Shown in pieces: positions 33,547-44,424 of a stretch of 64,000 nucleotides of DNA. The stretch's first letter is position 1. Each line of letters begins with the position of its first letter. The notes under the pieces were generated by a model. The model made no database searches, was not told the origin of the DNA, and worked only from the letters and a program-made list of their open reading frames with translations. The stretch is from Narcine bancroftii (Eukaryota). The stretch covers positions 58,900,001 through 58,964,000 of the forward strand of contig NC_091476.1 in the NCBI RefSeq assembly GCF_036971445.1. The letters are read 5' to 3'. The position numbers and the translations under genes are program-made.

Positions 33547-34856
33547 TGTCGGACTCTGGCTTTACTTTCATCCCTAACGTCGAAGTACTCGAGATGGCAG
33601 AGGTCGTCAGCATCGAGTCCACGCTGCTGAAGATCCAGCTGTGCTGGATGGGTCACGTCTCCAGAATGGAGGACCATCGCCTTCCCAAGATCGTGTTATA
33701 TGGCTAGCTCTCCACTGGCCACCATGACAGAGGTGCACCAAAGAAAAGGTACAAGGACTGCCTAAAGAAATCTCTTGGTGCCTGCCACATTGACCACCGC
33801 CAGTGGGCTGATAACGCCTCAAATCGTGCATCTTGGCGCCTCACAGTTTGGCGGGCAGCAACCTCCTTTGAAGAAGACCGCAGAGCCCACCTCACTGACA
33901 AAAGGCAAAGGAGGAAAAACCCAACACCCAACCCCAACCAACCAATTTTCCCCTGCAACCGCTGCAACCGTGTCTGCCTGTCCCGCATCGGACTTGTCAG
34001 CCACAAACGAGCCTGCAGCTGACGTGGACTTTTTACCCCCTCCATAAATCTTCGTCCGCGAAGCCAAGCCAAAGAAGAAAGAAGAAAGAATTTAGTCTAT
34101 GTGTAGTCTGAGTCCAGCGTGTTCTTTGAATGAAGTGATAGGAGAAGGTATTCGGTTCAACAGTCAATTTATTATACAGCACAAGAATAAAACTTAACAG
34201 AGCTCTGGGTCAATCGTTAGTTCATAGGTCACCTGCACAGTGAGCTACTCCCCAAGACTGACCCCTATTGTCAGTTGGCTCAGTTTATATAGGTCAACCT
34301 TATCATACAGAACAAAAGTTGGCTTCCTTTGCTAGATTTCATTATCATACAGAACAAAAGTTGTCTTCCTTTGCTAGATCTTTTTGCATAAGGGTTATCA
34401 CAAGTCATCTCCTGTTTTGCAGATATCTGGGGTGTAGCACTCCCATCTTAATCCTTCAAGCCAGACTATCCTGTTGATTGGATCAGAAATTAATTCATCC
34501 CCAGATATTTCTAATCTGGCCAATTTCTGCTGTTCTCTTTAACACCTACTCCTGCCTTAATCTTCCTCCTAGACTGGTTTTCCATTCCCTTTGTTTCTTG
34601 CAGGCCATTCTTTGTTCTGGTCTGGTCTGTGTCTCCTGTGCTACTCACCACCTCCTTCAGTTTGAGCATTCCTCCTAAATCGTTTTATGCATTTCCTCTC
34701 CCTGTATTTGGGAGCAGACAATTTTGCTCAGCCAACTTTGCTCCATGCTGTGATTGCCACTTAATCGCATTCCTCTTTTCCCCTGAACCATGCAGTAAAT
34801 ATACACTTATTAATTATTTATTTATTTCATAATGTTTTAACCCCTAGATTCCAACA
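33547..34856 (-). mobile_element. ERV-A 3' LTR (about 780 bp excluding the RTE insertion)
   Basis: TG...CA termini with imperfect inverted repeat TGTTGGAATCT / TGTCGGACTCT; follows the PPT; TATATAAA at about 34284-34291 and AATAAA at 34168-34173 on the minus strand. Confidence 0.85.
33565..34090 (+). mobile_element. RTE LINE 3' fragment inserted in U5 of the ERV-A LTR
   Basis: Same RTE sequence in + orientation, with an in-frame TAG in YG*L; (AAG/AAAG)n tail; TTTA on both sides (33561-33564, 34091-34094). Confidence 0.92.
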
Positions 34857-34857
34857 G

Positions 34858-34867
34858 TCCCCCTTTT
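34858..34867 (-). promoter_or_regulatory. Polypurine tract of ERV-A
   Basis: AAAAGGGGGA immediately upstream of the LTR-start TG on the minus strand, just downstream of the env stop. Confidence 0.85.
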
Positions 34868-34904
34868 GGTCTCATGAAAATGAGACCAACCACCTGTTAC
34901 CTTA

Positions 34905-37900
34905 TTAGACCGAGACCTCAGGAGTTATTGCAAGGGCCGGCATCTCTGACCTCTTGTAGTCACTATACTCTTGGGAGGGCAGTAGGGACAAATACATGCC
35001 TTGGGGTCTGGGGATGACTCTCTGTGACAACGCTCGTTGAAGCAGGCACTGGAGGCAGGGAAGGATGCACGGGATCAGGACCAACGCCAACACCACAACT
35101 CCAGCAACTAGCACTGCAGTCTGTATCCATCCCCAGGCTCCAGAGAACAAATTTCCCAGCCATGAGCTGCCCCAGGGTCGCCAGGTCTGAACCGGGACAT
35201 GAGCTAATTTGCGAATGCCAGATGAAATCTCCTTTACTGCTTGCCCATTGTCATCGATTTTTAAACAACAATTAGTGAGATTCAATTTCCCACACACTCC
35301 CCCTTCAGTGGCTAACAAGTAGTCTAAAGCTAAGCGGTTCTGAAACACCGTGGCCCTAATCTGTTGCTGCTCTTCTGCCAACAGATCAAGGGCTGTGGCG
35401 GTGTCATTGGTGATAATTTCCAAAATAGCTTGTAAACGAATCAGACGGTTTAACATGTAAATTGGGGTTCGATATCCCCAAGACCCATTCTGGGCCCAAG
35501 TGGCAGGTCCGTAATAAGAAATAATGCGCTCTGGAGGCCAGTCCTCTCCCCACTCACCGATCTTTAAATCCCTCTTCTGGCGGAGCCCCTGATATACACG
35601 CGCTGCTAAAAGACGGGAGTCGTTCTGTGGTAACAGCACAAACTGTGGTTGAATGATACCTATACAGCACATTCCCCTCCAGTCTGGCTCCAAAAAAGTG
35701 TAAGCCGTATTCCCACAAATCCAATATAAACCCTCTGGGGCAAATCCGTGTGGATAGGGATGAGCCCAAAATTGTCTGAGTGAGGAAACCCCTTCATATG
35801 GATTAACGCCCGTGCAATTCCATACCACTTTCCCACGGGAGTTATCTGTTATAGGTCTGCAATTTGCTTCCTTCTGTGGGGACAGGAACCACCGGGGTCA
35901 CTGAGGATGCCATCGAGGGAACTTCCCCAAGATTTTAATCCTTGTGCACCTCGAATCTCCTTTATAATGCTTGTCTTGCTCCTTCCTGATACATTCCTCT
36001 CCTAATGGGTGATTAGCTAGATGCCATGTCTGGCGGGGGAGCGTCTCATCTGCCGATCCGTGAAAACTCATCAACTCCCACACTTCCAGGGGCTCCCCGC
36101 TCCATGGCCATGATCCATCTCTTGTGGGTCCCCCACATGCCCAACAGTTTTTAACCCCCAAGAGTTCTGCCGTAGTTTGGCAAAGGTCTACCCATCTATT
36201 GTCACCTACTCTGTGAGTGGCAGCCTGGCGTTTAGCGTTGGCATAGATATCCCCCTTTTCTCTGTCCCATACGTATGGTTGTTTTCCCTTTTGCCACATG
36301 GGGTCCCACTGTATCCTCTGAATGGGAATTGAGCCCCCTTTCTCCTTATCTTGGTCTCCCTCCGGGGCACAAAACCATGTTACTCCTTGGGGACAGCGGT
36401 CTCGATTTGGCGTGAACTGTAAAGATCCCTTATTGAACTTAACATCATGGGGGGGCGTGGCAAGATGGCGTAGGGAGCGGACGTGCATTCCCGGTCTCCC
36501 CAAGGCAGTTATATAAATACCCGTTTTAAGAATATTTCTTTTCTGTTAAAAGTCTTTGTTTTGTTTATCAATTGTTTTTAGTTTAAAATGGCAACAAAGA
36601 TTAAGGAAAATAGAGTTCAAATACAGAACTACACTCTCCGACTTTGGAAGAAACTCGGCCTACTTGCCCAGACAGAACCACGGAGTCAAGGCTGGAATTT
36701 TCTTAAGAACGGAGCTCATTAATTGGACTGTCGGATAAGCTGGCCTTGGACACCCCTCTGAAAGATGGTGATGAATATTGATTTGAAATGTTTTATGAAG
36801 ATAAATTGCAGTAATTGGCATTGGTTGCCCGTGAGTTTTAAAAATCCAGATAACATTAAAGTTTATTAGTGATTTTTTTTGGATGGAATATCGGAAGGAT
36901 GAATTTATTATCTATAAATACAGAACAAAATTACATTCTTTGACTTTGGAAGAAATTTGACCTATTTGCCCAGACAGAGCTGGAGTTGGTGCTGGAATTT
37001 TCTCAAGAACAGAACTTATTAAAGTTGATTTCGGACTCCTTTTTGAAAGATGGCGACGAATGTTGATTTGAAATATTTGAAATATTTTCTGAAGATAAAC
37101 ATATATATGGAACTCCTTGACCTGCAATAAGGTTTATCAGTGATTTTTTTTTTGGATGGAATATTGGAAGAGTGAATTTATTATCTGTGAGTATGCATAC
37201 ATTGCAAACAGATTTTAATAGTTTTGAAAAGGATTTTTTTTAAACTAAACAACAAGATCAGCTTAATATTGAGAAAATTGGAAAAAACGGAAACTTTATT
37301 ATTAAATTTGGAAATTCAGTAGAAAGAAACTATGAACAAGATTGATGATTTATAAAATTAAAGTCGAAGGAGCAATGTCCAAGAAGAGTTAAAAATTTTG
37401 AATAAGTTTTTCTTGAAAATAAACAATAATTTCAACTTAACATTGAGAAGATTGACAAAGTGGAAAATTTGGTATTAAATTGGGAAACACAGAAGAAAGA
37501 ACTTATGAATAACATTGATGCTTTAGAAGATCACGACCGAAGGAATTATGTTCAAGAAAATTTTAAAAGATTTGAAAAAAACTTTTTTTGAAAGTAAGCT
37601 ACAAATTCAACTTGAGACTGAGAAGAATGGAAGATTCGGTGTTGAACTGGGATGTTCAGAGGTGTTTTAATTCAGTGGATGAAATTCAGGAAGACTTGAA
37701 AAAAAAAATTTTTTTTAAACTTTTATTGATTGTAAACAATGTTTAACTCAGTGTTGGGAGGGTGGAAAGGGTGCAAAATTTAATATCAAGTTTGGATTTT
37801 CAAAAAAAAGAGTTTATGAATAAGATTGGTTAAATTGATGGACCGGGGTTTGTTTTATGGATATAAGAAATGATGATTTTTCGGTTTATACGTGTATTTT

Positions 37901-38352
37901 GTCTGCCTGGGGGGGGGGAGGGAGTCATATGCCACGTGGTTTATACCACACCCATTTGGGTTTTTGGGAATTAACCACCATAAGGTGGTTTCCTAAGGGG
38001 TTAGGGGAGGTGGGGGGGGTGAAAATTTGAAAATTATTTAGTATCTATTATGTAATATTATACTAAGTCAATTTGAAATGAATGTATGGAGATACTATAA
38101 ATAAATTTCAAAAAAAAAAAAGAATTTAACATCATACACTTGTCCATTATGCACACACTTACGTCCCGCGTGAGTCCCCACACAGTGTTCAGGAAAGTTA
38201 GTCCAATCAGCAAAGTACTGTTCTTTTTCGTTGTGCGACCCCCAGGCCGAGTGCACACACTTTGTACAGTGGTTTTCTACTCCAGCTCCTTCAAGGGCTC
38301 GGAATACCAGTACCCATAGTCCCCACATGGTATTCATCCCAGCTCCTTTCAT
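34905..38352 (-). pseudogene. env: ERV-A envelope, gamma-type, ERV3-1/HERV-R (ENR1)-like; interrupted by one insertion and one stop
   Basis: Signal peptide MWGLWVLVFRALEG; CWAC (CxxC); LYWICG; furin site RQKR; WPPERIISYYGPATWAQNGSWGYRTPIYMLNRLIRLQA; ISD QNRLALDYLL; CX6CC CGKLNLTNCC; TM helix. ORFs 38095-38352, 35898-36503 and 34905-35828 join in one frame. Confidence 0.93.
36449..38121 (+). mobile_element. Non-autonomous L1-derived element, copy 2, inserted in env
   Basis: Near-identical to 22988-25432 but with one 191-bp unit; poly(A); 14-bp TSD GAACTTAACATCAT (36435-36448) / GAATTTAACATCAT (38122-38135). Confidence 0.9.
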
Positions 38353-38461
38353 TGTTTTGATGTCAATAAATTGATTATGCCGTCAACCACTGTTATACAG
38401 TCACCGTAGTCCAATAGTCTCTTTAAAAAGGGACGTTAAGTGTTCTTAGTCCGTGGTTGCT

Positions 38462-41400
38462 TCACAGGTTCTCAGTCACCTCCGTTCGAATCTGTTCCAG
38501 TGTCTGTGTAGGTGGGTCCGTTGCTGCACACTGACTCCAATGATACCATGTCTCACCTTTTCCTTGTAGTCGAACCGCGTGGGACGTCCTCTCCACCACT
38601 CTGTAGGGACCTGTCCACCTGGGCTCCGACCACTTTCTTTTGATGACCTTTAGCAGAAACCACTCCGCGACTGAAGGTATCGGTGTTTCCCCTTCTCTGT
38701 TGGGACTTGTGACCTGTTGTGAAAAATCTGACACCAGAGCCGTTAGTTTTTCATAATAAAGCTTGCATCCCATTGAACTTACCTCATTCTTCATAGTCTG
38801 AATTCCGGCTCCTGGTCCTGGAAACTGGTGCCCTGTTTGTAGTTCATATGGAGTAAATCCTGTCACAGAACTTACTGAACTCCTTATTGACATTAATGCC
38901 AGGGGCAAAGCATCCACCCAATTTAGTTTGGTCCGTGCCTGTACTTTCCCGATCTTACCTTTTATTGTTTGGTTCATCCTCTCCACTTTCCCTTGGGATT
39001 GTGGATGGTACACCGTTCCAAAGGCATGTTTCAATCCCAACATTGCTTCTACCTCCTGTAGATCGTTATTCTTAAAATGACTTCCATTATCGGACCTAAT
39101 TTTTTTAGGAAATCCGTGTCTCGGAATATACTGGTTGATCAGGAATTTACATACCATCCTTGCATCTTGTCTTTTGGCAGGGATTGCCTCCGGCCACCCT
39201 GTGAACACATCTACTGCTACTAAGAGGTATCAATAGCCACTTACCCTCTCAATCATGTCCGTATAATCAAGTACGATTTCCTGCCCTGGTAACTTAGGTA
39301 GCGGGAACTGACCTTCATGTGGCTTTACAGTCGCCTTTACATTGAAAGTTATACATACCTCACACTCTCTAATATGGTTCTCCACCATCACCGGCAGGAA
39401 GGGGTGCCACCAATGTATCAAGTACCTTATCATCTGGTTCTTTCCACAGTGTGTTAGCCCATGCGCCTCCTCGAGGAGGGGTTTCATGAGTCCAGATGGT
39501 AAAACTGGCCTCCCGTCTATCGATCTCCATAATTCTTGATCCTTGGTTTCCCCCCTTTCCTCCCATACCATCCTTTCCTGAGGTGATGCCTTTGCTTGTT
39601 CCTGTACTATTACTTCTACCCTACACGGTGGTAATAAGTCATGTGCTGTTCTATCTGCCTGTATCATAATAAACTGAAGGCCGTATCCTGCTGCCCTTTT
39701 AGCGGCCATGTCTGCTTCCTGATTTCCCCGAGCCACCATCGTATCTGTTCTATCATGTCCTTTACATTTAAGAACTGCTAATGCCCTTGGCTTCAGGAGA
39801 GCCTCAGCCAGTTTCCTAACGTCCTTCTCGTGTTTAATTGGGGTCATTGCTGCTGTTAAAAACCCACTTCTAATCCATTGACTAAGTTCAACCTGTATTG
39901 TCCCTACCACATATGCCGAGTCTGTATATATATTGACCTCCTTCCCTTCTGCCCATTCTAATGCTGCTATCATTCCCTGTAGTTCTGCGAGTTGTGCTGA
40001 CTCCTTTCCTCTCACTGTCCCTGTAATGATTTCTTTAAATCCTCCTGTAGTTTTTCGTACCACCGCATAGGCAGCTTTCAATCCATCTGTGGGGTGTCTG
40101 TAACAACACCCATCTGTAAACAAGGTTTCATCTGGTACTCTTAAGGGTGTAGCCTGTAAGTCAGGTCTTATTTTAATATCCTTCACTACCCTCTTCTCAC
40201 AACAGTGTGGTTCTCCCTCTCCTATATTGTCTGCCATGTTAATGCCTTCATGGGTAAATGTAACATTTGGAGCATTCAGGATCTTTTCTAGTCTCGTCTG
40301 CCTTAGCGAAGTCATTGTAAATGCTGTCGAGCTCACAAATGCTACAATACTATGTGTTGTTAATACCGTCAGGCCATGTCCCATTACTATGTGTGCCACC
40401 TTTTGTAAAATCTTTGCTACTCCCGCTGCATGTCTCGTACATGGTGGGTGTCTGTCTTCCGTCGGGTCCAGTGTGACACTCACATACATGAGCACACATC
40501 TTCCACCCCCTTTTTTCTGAAAGAGAACACCATCAATTGTGTGTGCTTTTTCAGAAACATCCAAAAAGAAAGGTAGTTTATAATTTGGAATCGCCAAATC
40601 TGTAGCTGTTGTAAGAGCTTGCTTCAATAGAATAAAACTCATCTCAGCCTGTGCAGTCCAATCAAGTGTTGCTCCCAGATTCCTCATCCCCTGCTCATTC
40701 ACCAAAGTTCGCAGTGGATGTGTCAACTCACCATACGATGGGATAAACTGCCTACTATAACCTGACAAACCCAAATACGAAAGCATCTCCTTTACTGTCT
40801 TTGGTTTTGGATGATGTAGTATCGCTGTTCGATGTGCAGGGGAAATCCCTGTGCCTTTCGCTGAGACCATTCTCCCTAAAAAGGTGACCACCTGCCTGCA
40901 GCATTGCAGCTTTGAGCGAGAGACTTTAAAGCCTGCCTTGAACAGCTGCACTAGCAGGAGACAGGTGGCCTCCAAACAGGAAGTATGATCAGGTGCTGCT
41001 AATAGGATGTCATCTACATACTGGATCAGAACTACCCCACCTGGCAGTGCTAGCCCCCCCCCAGCTGTTCTTTCAACACCTGATTGAAAATCCCTGGAGA
41101 TAAGATGAAGCCCTGCGGAAGCCTAGTATACCACAACTTTCTACCTCTATACGTGAACGAAAACACATCTCTTAATGGTTCTGCCAGCGGCAAGCAAAAG
41201 AAAGCATTCGCTAAATCTATGCAAGAGAACCACTTGTGGTTAGGGGTTAAAGCAGTCATGGCAGTATATGGGTTTGGTACTGGAACTGTGGGTGTTCTCA
41301 CAATACCATTGATGCGCCTTAAGTCATGGGCCATCTGATATTTGCCCGTGTCTTGTTTAGGAACAGGTAAGATGGGTGTATTCCAACTAGAACACGAATG

Positions 41401-41580
41401 TTCCAACACCCCTGAATACCTAAGGCCATCAATGGTATCTGCCAAACCTTCCTCAGCTTCAGGTTTGTGGGGATACTGCATCTGCCAAATAGGGGTGTAA
41501 TCTGACAGTTCGAAGGTTATGGGATCAACCTGCTGACAAAAACCCACATCTGCTGATCCCACTGACCACAGGTTCTCAAT
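38462..41580 (-). pseudogene. pol: ERV-A pol (RT, RNase H, integrase), epsilon-like
   Basis: WNTPILPV, DLRRIN, IDLANAFF, LPQGFILSP, YVDD (41009-41020); RNase H FTDG/SAQLAEL/IYTDS/GNQEAD; IN HHCC, D-D-E (VLDYTD, SDNG, VERMN) and WTGPY. One frameshift in the C9 run at 41054-41062 and one TGA at 39230-39232. Confidence 0.94.
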
Positions 41581-41668
41581 CAGACTTGTCAGCCACAAAT
41601 GAGCCTGCAGCTGACGTGGACATTTACCCCTCCATAAATCTTTGTCCGCGAAGCCAAGCCAAAGAAGA
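41579..41668 (+). mobile_element. Very short RTE LINE 3' end at the ERV-A truncation point
   Basis: gacttgtcagccacaaatgagcctgcagctgacgtgg...aagccaagccaaagaaga; no TSD. Confidence 0.9.
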
Positions 41669-42415
41669 CAAAGGAGGCTGAAAATGCCACTGGTGGAGAC
41701 CCAGGGAGAGCGAGGAACGGAGATACAGCTGCCGTCAGCTCCACGCAGGCTTTGAACAGCCCATTCAAGGAGCCGATGATAGTTTTTTTTTTAAATCCCC
41801 TTCCATGGGGTCTCTGATTGGCAGCAGCTTCAAGGGTTGGCAGACTCTGGGTAAGCGGAGGACTGGAGCCGGGCACCAGAAAACGGAGAGACCAACCCCC
41901 GACTGAGAAGGAGAAGCAGAGGAGACAACCCAAGAGATGATGACCACGACGGCGGACCAATGAGGGGACTCTGCGGCTGGCGACTCAAGGTGAAGAACAC
42001 ATGGAGGCTGGGGGCTGCTGGAGACTGCTGTTGGGAGACTCGTGCTGGGCTTCAAATTGTTGAAGACTAGCTCGAAACTAGCTGAAGAGGAGCCAGGTAT
42101 TGGAACTGGGATGGGAGGGGGTGCTGCAGGCACGGACTGTGTCGGAGGTTCGGATCTGGAGTTCGGGTTGCAATAGTTTGAATAGTTTGAATGTGGCTGA
42201 GGTGGCTGCAGAAGTGCTGGAGGCGAATCTACGAACACTCAGTGACGCTGGGGGGGAGGGGGGTGGGGACACTCTCTTTTGCTACTCTCTCTCTGACTGT
42301 AGAGGCACTTCTGGCAATTTCTGCCAGTGCAAAATCTGTCTGCCTGACAGTGGGCAAAAGCAATTTCATGGAGCATGACACTGTTTTATTACACGACAAA
42401 AAATTGAATGTCTAT
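41669..42415 (+). other. Unclassified sequence, probably an interspersed-repeat fragment
   Basis: No credible ORF; ends in a LINE/SINE-tail-like ...ttttattacacgacaaaaaattgaat. Family not recognised. Confidence 0.3.
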
Positions 42416-42459
42416 ATGAACTGAGAGTCAGTTTTATTCCTCCCTAACCTGCTTCACCC

Positions 42460-43145
42460 TGTGTAACCAATTATATTGTATCATGCGTATTATTGTATTT
42501 CTCATAGTTCCGGAGCATATCTTTTCCCATGTTTCATTCTTTATCTTTATGTTTAGATCTTGTTCCCATCAGAGATCTTCCTTCTAAGTAATATAAGAAA
42601 TAAAGAATTTGGACTCGATTTGGATGGAGCACAAAAAAGATTAATTATGATAGCCCTAGCTGTAGCAAAGAAATGTATTATGTCAACCTGGAAATTAGAA
42701 GACAACTTGAGAATACAACAATGGTACATAGAAATAAATAAATGTATTCCATTCGAAAAAATAACATATAATTTAAGAAATAACATCGCAATATTCGAAC
42801 AAAAATGGGAACCATACATGAAATACAATAGAGAAATCCTACCATGGACCTCCACCACCTACAATGACAGAAGGAGAAGACAATGAAATGAATTGACTCA
42901 ATATATAAAAGTAAAAGACAAAAGTAAAAATTTCTTGTTTATTTTTATTAAATTACGACATTGTTTAACGGGTTTAATGTATCTTATAGATTGAACTTTG
43001 AATAAATGGGAAGGAGGGGAGAGGGAGGGAGGGAAGGGAGGGGGGAAAAAGGGGAGAAAATGACTATATATTCAAGAGAAAAATGTCTGTATGTATTTTG
43101 GTCAGTATGGTTTATAGTGTGAAAAAAAAAAAAAAAATTTTAAAA
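42460..43145 (+). mobile_element. L1/Tx1-clade LINE 3' end with 5' inversion
   Basis: ORF2 C-terminus LAVAKKCIMSTWK..W..EKITY..F..KWEPY; G-rich 3' UTR and A tail; 14-bp TSD AACCTGCTTCACCC (42446-42459, 43146-43159); 42460-42568 encodes WEQDLNIKIKNETWEKIC on the minus strand. Confidence 0.9.
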
Positions 43146-43299
43146 AACCTGCTTCACCCAGAATCTTGACACTCAGCTAAGGTGAAGTTTAGGCTCATTT
43201 GCTCCAATAACTGTAATCAAGGCAGAGTGAGGAAGGGGGTGCCCCACTGTCTTGGGTAAACTTATACCTCTCATTTTGTTCATTTTAGATTGGTCACAG

Positions 43300-44047
43300 T
43301 GTTTGAGCTACCGAAAGAAAATAGACACACACACCGAGAGCAGTTCAGTTTATACAAAAGTTTATTACTAATTTAAAAGCTGATTTCACACTACAATATG
43401 CAAGCCCTTTCCAACTATACTTATCAACGCTTGGACTGGTCCCAACTGCCAAAGCGAGGCAACGACTGCACACTTGTAGTAGGTTGTCAGGGCGCCGGTA
43501 GCAGCTTCTCCACCTCCCCTGACCGGGACGTTGCTCGGACTCTGGCTGTTCTTCCTTCTTGAAAAGGGGTGTTCCCACCCCTCGGAGAGTCTAAACTTCA
43601 GCAGCAGGACCACAGGCTTATATACCCCAAAAACAATTAATCATGCGCCTACTCCTTCTAATATTTGTCAGTCAAAATCAAATTGAACATTACATTCTAC
43701 AATTTAGAAGATTAATTATTATGGAACCAGGATGTTATGATTTCCTGGTTTATCTCGTAGATACAAAGACTTATTAAAACTTCTCGAGCAAGACAGGTTG
43801 TGACCAATTCGTCAATTTCAGAGTGTTGCATTTGACAACTGCTTTCCCTGGGCCTCACAGTGGAATTCCATTTCAAAGTGTATCTTCAGATAAGTCCCCA
43901 TGGCTGAGTTTAATTACATCTGCTAGTTCTGAAAGTAAGGTGACCTGTGTGTGGACCCAGTGTCGTCAGTTCCACATAAGCAAAAAGCATCTGGGTACAT
44001 GGTTTTAATCCTCCATTACACCCACACACAGTTTTCAAGTCTCAACT
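43300..44047 (-). mobile_element. Probable solo LTR (boundaries uncertain)
   Basis: Left end TGTTTGAGCT resembles the 48130 LTR end; minus-strand AATAAA (43361-43366) and TATATAA (about 43618); CTCAAC at 44041 is inverted to the left end; flanks tcacag/tgacag. An alternative right end is 44228. Confidence 0.5.
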
Positions 44048-44424
44048 TGACAGCCACTCCTGATCATCAATGGGAAAAAAAACCTTTAATTCATGACATT
44101 TCACCAAAGGCTGAGAGAAATTCAGCAGGTCACATGGAAAACAAAGGGTAAATCCCTGATCTGGTGGCATGAATATCAAATTCTCCAATTTCCGCTGAGC
44201 CCCTCCCCATAACTCTTACCCTATCACACTGTGGTGCACTGTTAGACAGAATCAGACACAAACAAGGAAAAGACTGTACAACAGGCAAGCCTGGCCTTGC
44301 ATGTACTTCTTGCCCGGCCTCATTAGTACTGTAGGCACTGCCTCACTCGTACTCCATTCCAAGACACACCAGTACTCCAGGATCAGACACACTCGTCTCC
44401 AGGCCGAGCTTTGCCAGTACTCCG

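Larger units (their letters stand above)
33547..41580 (-). mobile_element. ERV-A: 5'-truncated class I endogenous retrovirus (pol, env, PPT, 3' LTR)
   Basis: Colinear RT-tether-RNaseH-IN, env, polypurine tract and LTR on the minus strand; gag, pro and 5' LTR absent. Confidence 0.93.

Noticed and set aside
163-33577. Hundreds of His/Thr-rich (+) and Cys/Val-rich (-) ORFs
   Set aside because: Direct translation of CA/TG repeats; overlapping in all frames; no splice or domain structure.
41589-42424. Pro/Ser-rich ORFs upstream of ERV-A pol as a possible gag
   Set aside because: No CA, NC zinc-knuckle or protease motifs; separated from pol by the RTE junction.
44150-44233. Ig/TCR J segment after the minus-strand heptamer
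   Set aside because: Frames give MGRGS or WGGA with no F/W-G-x-G-T motif and no splice donor.
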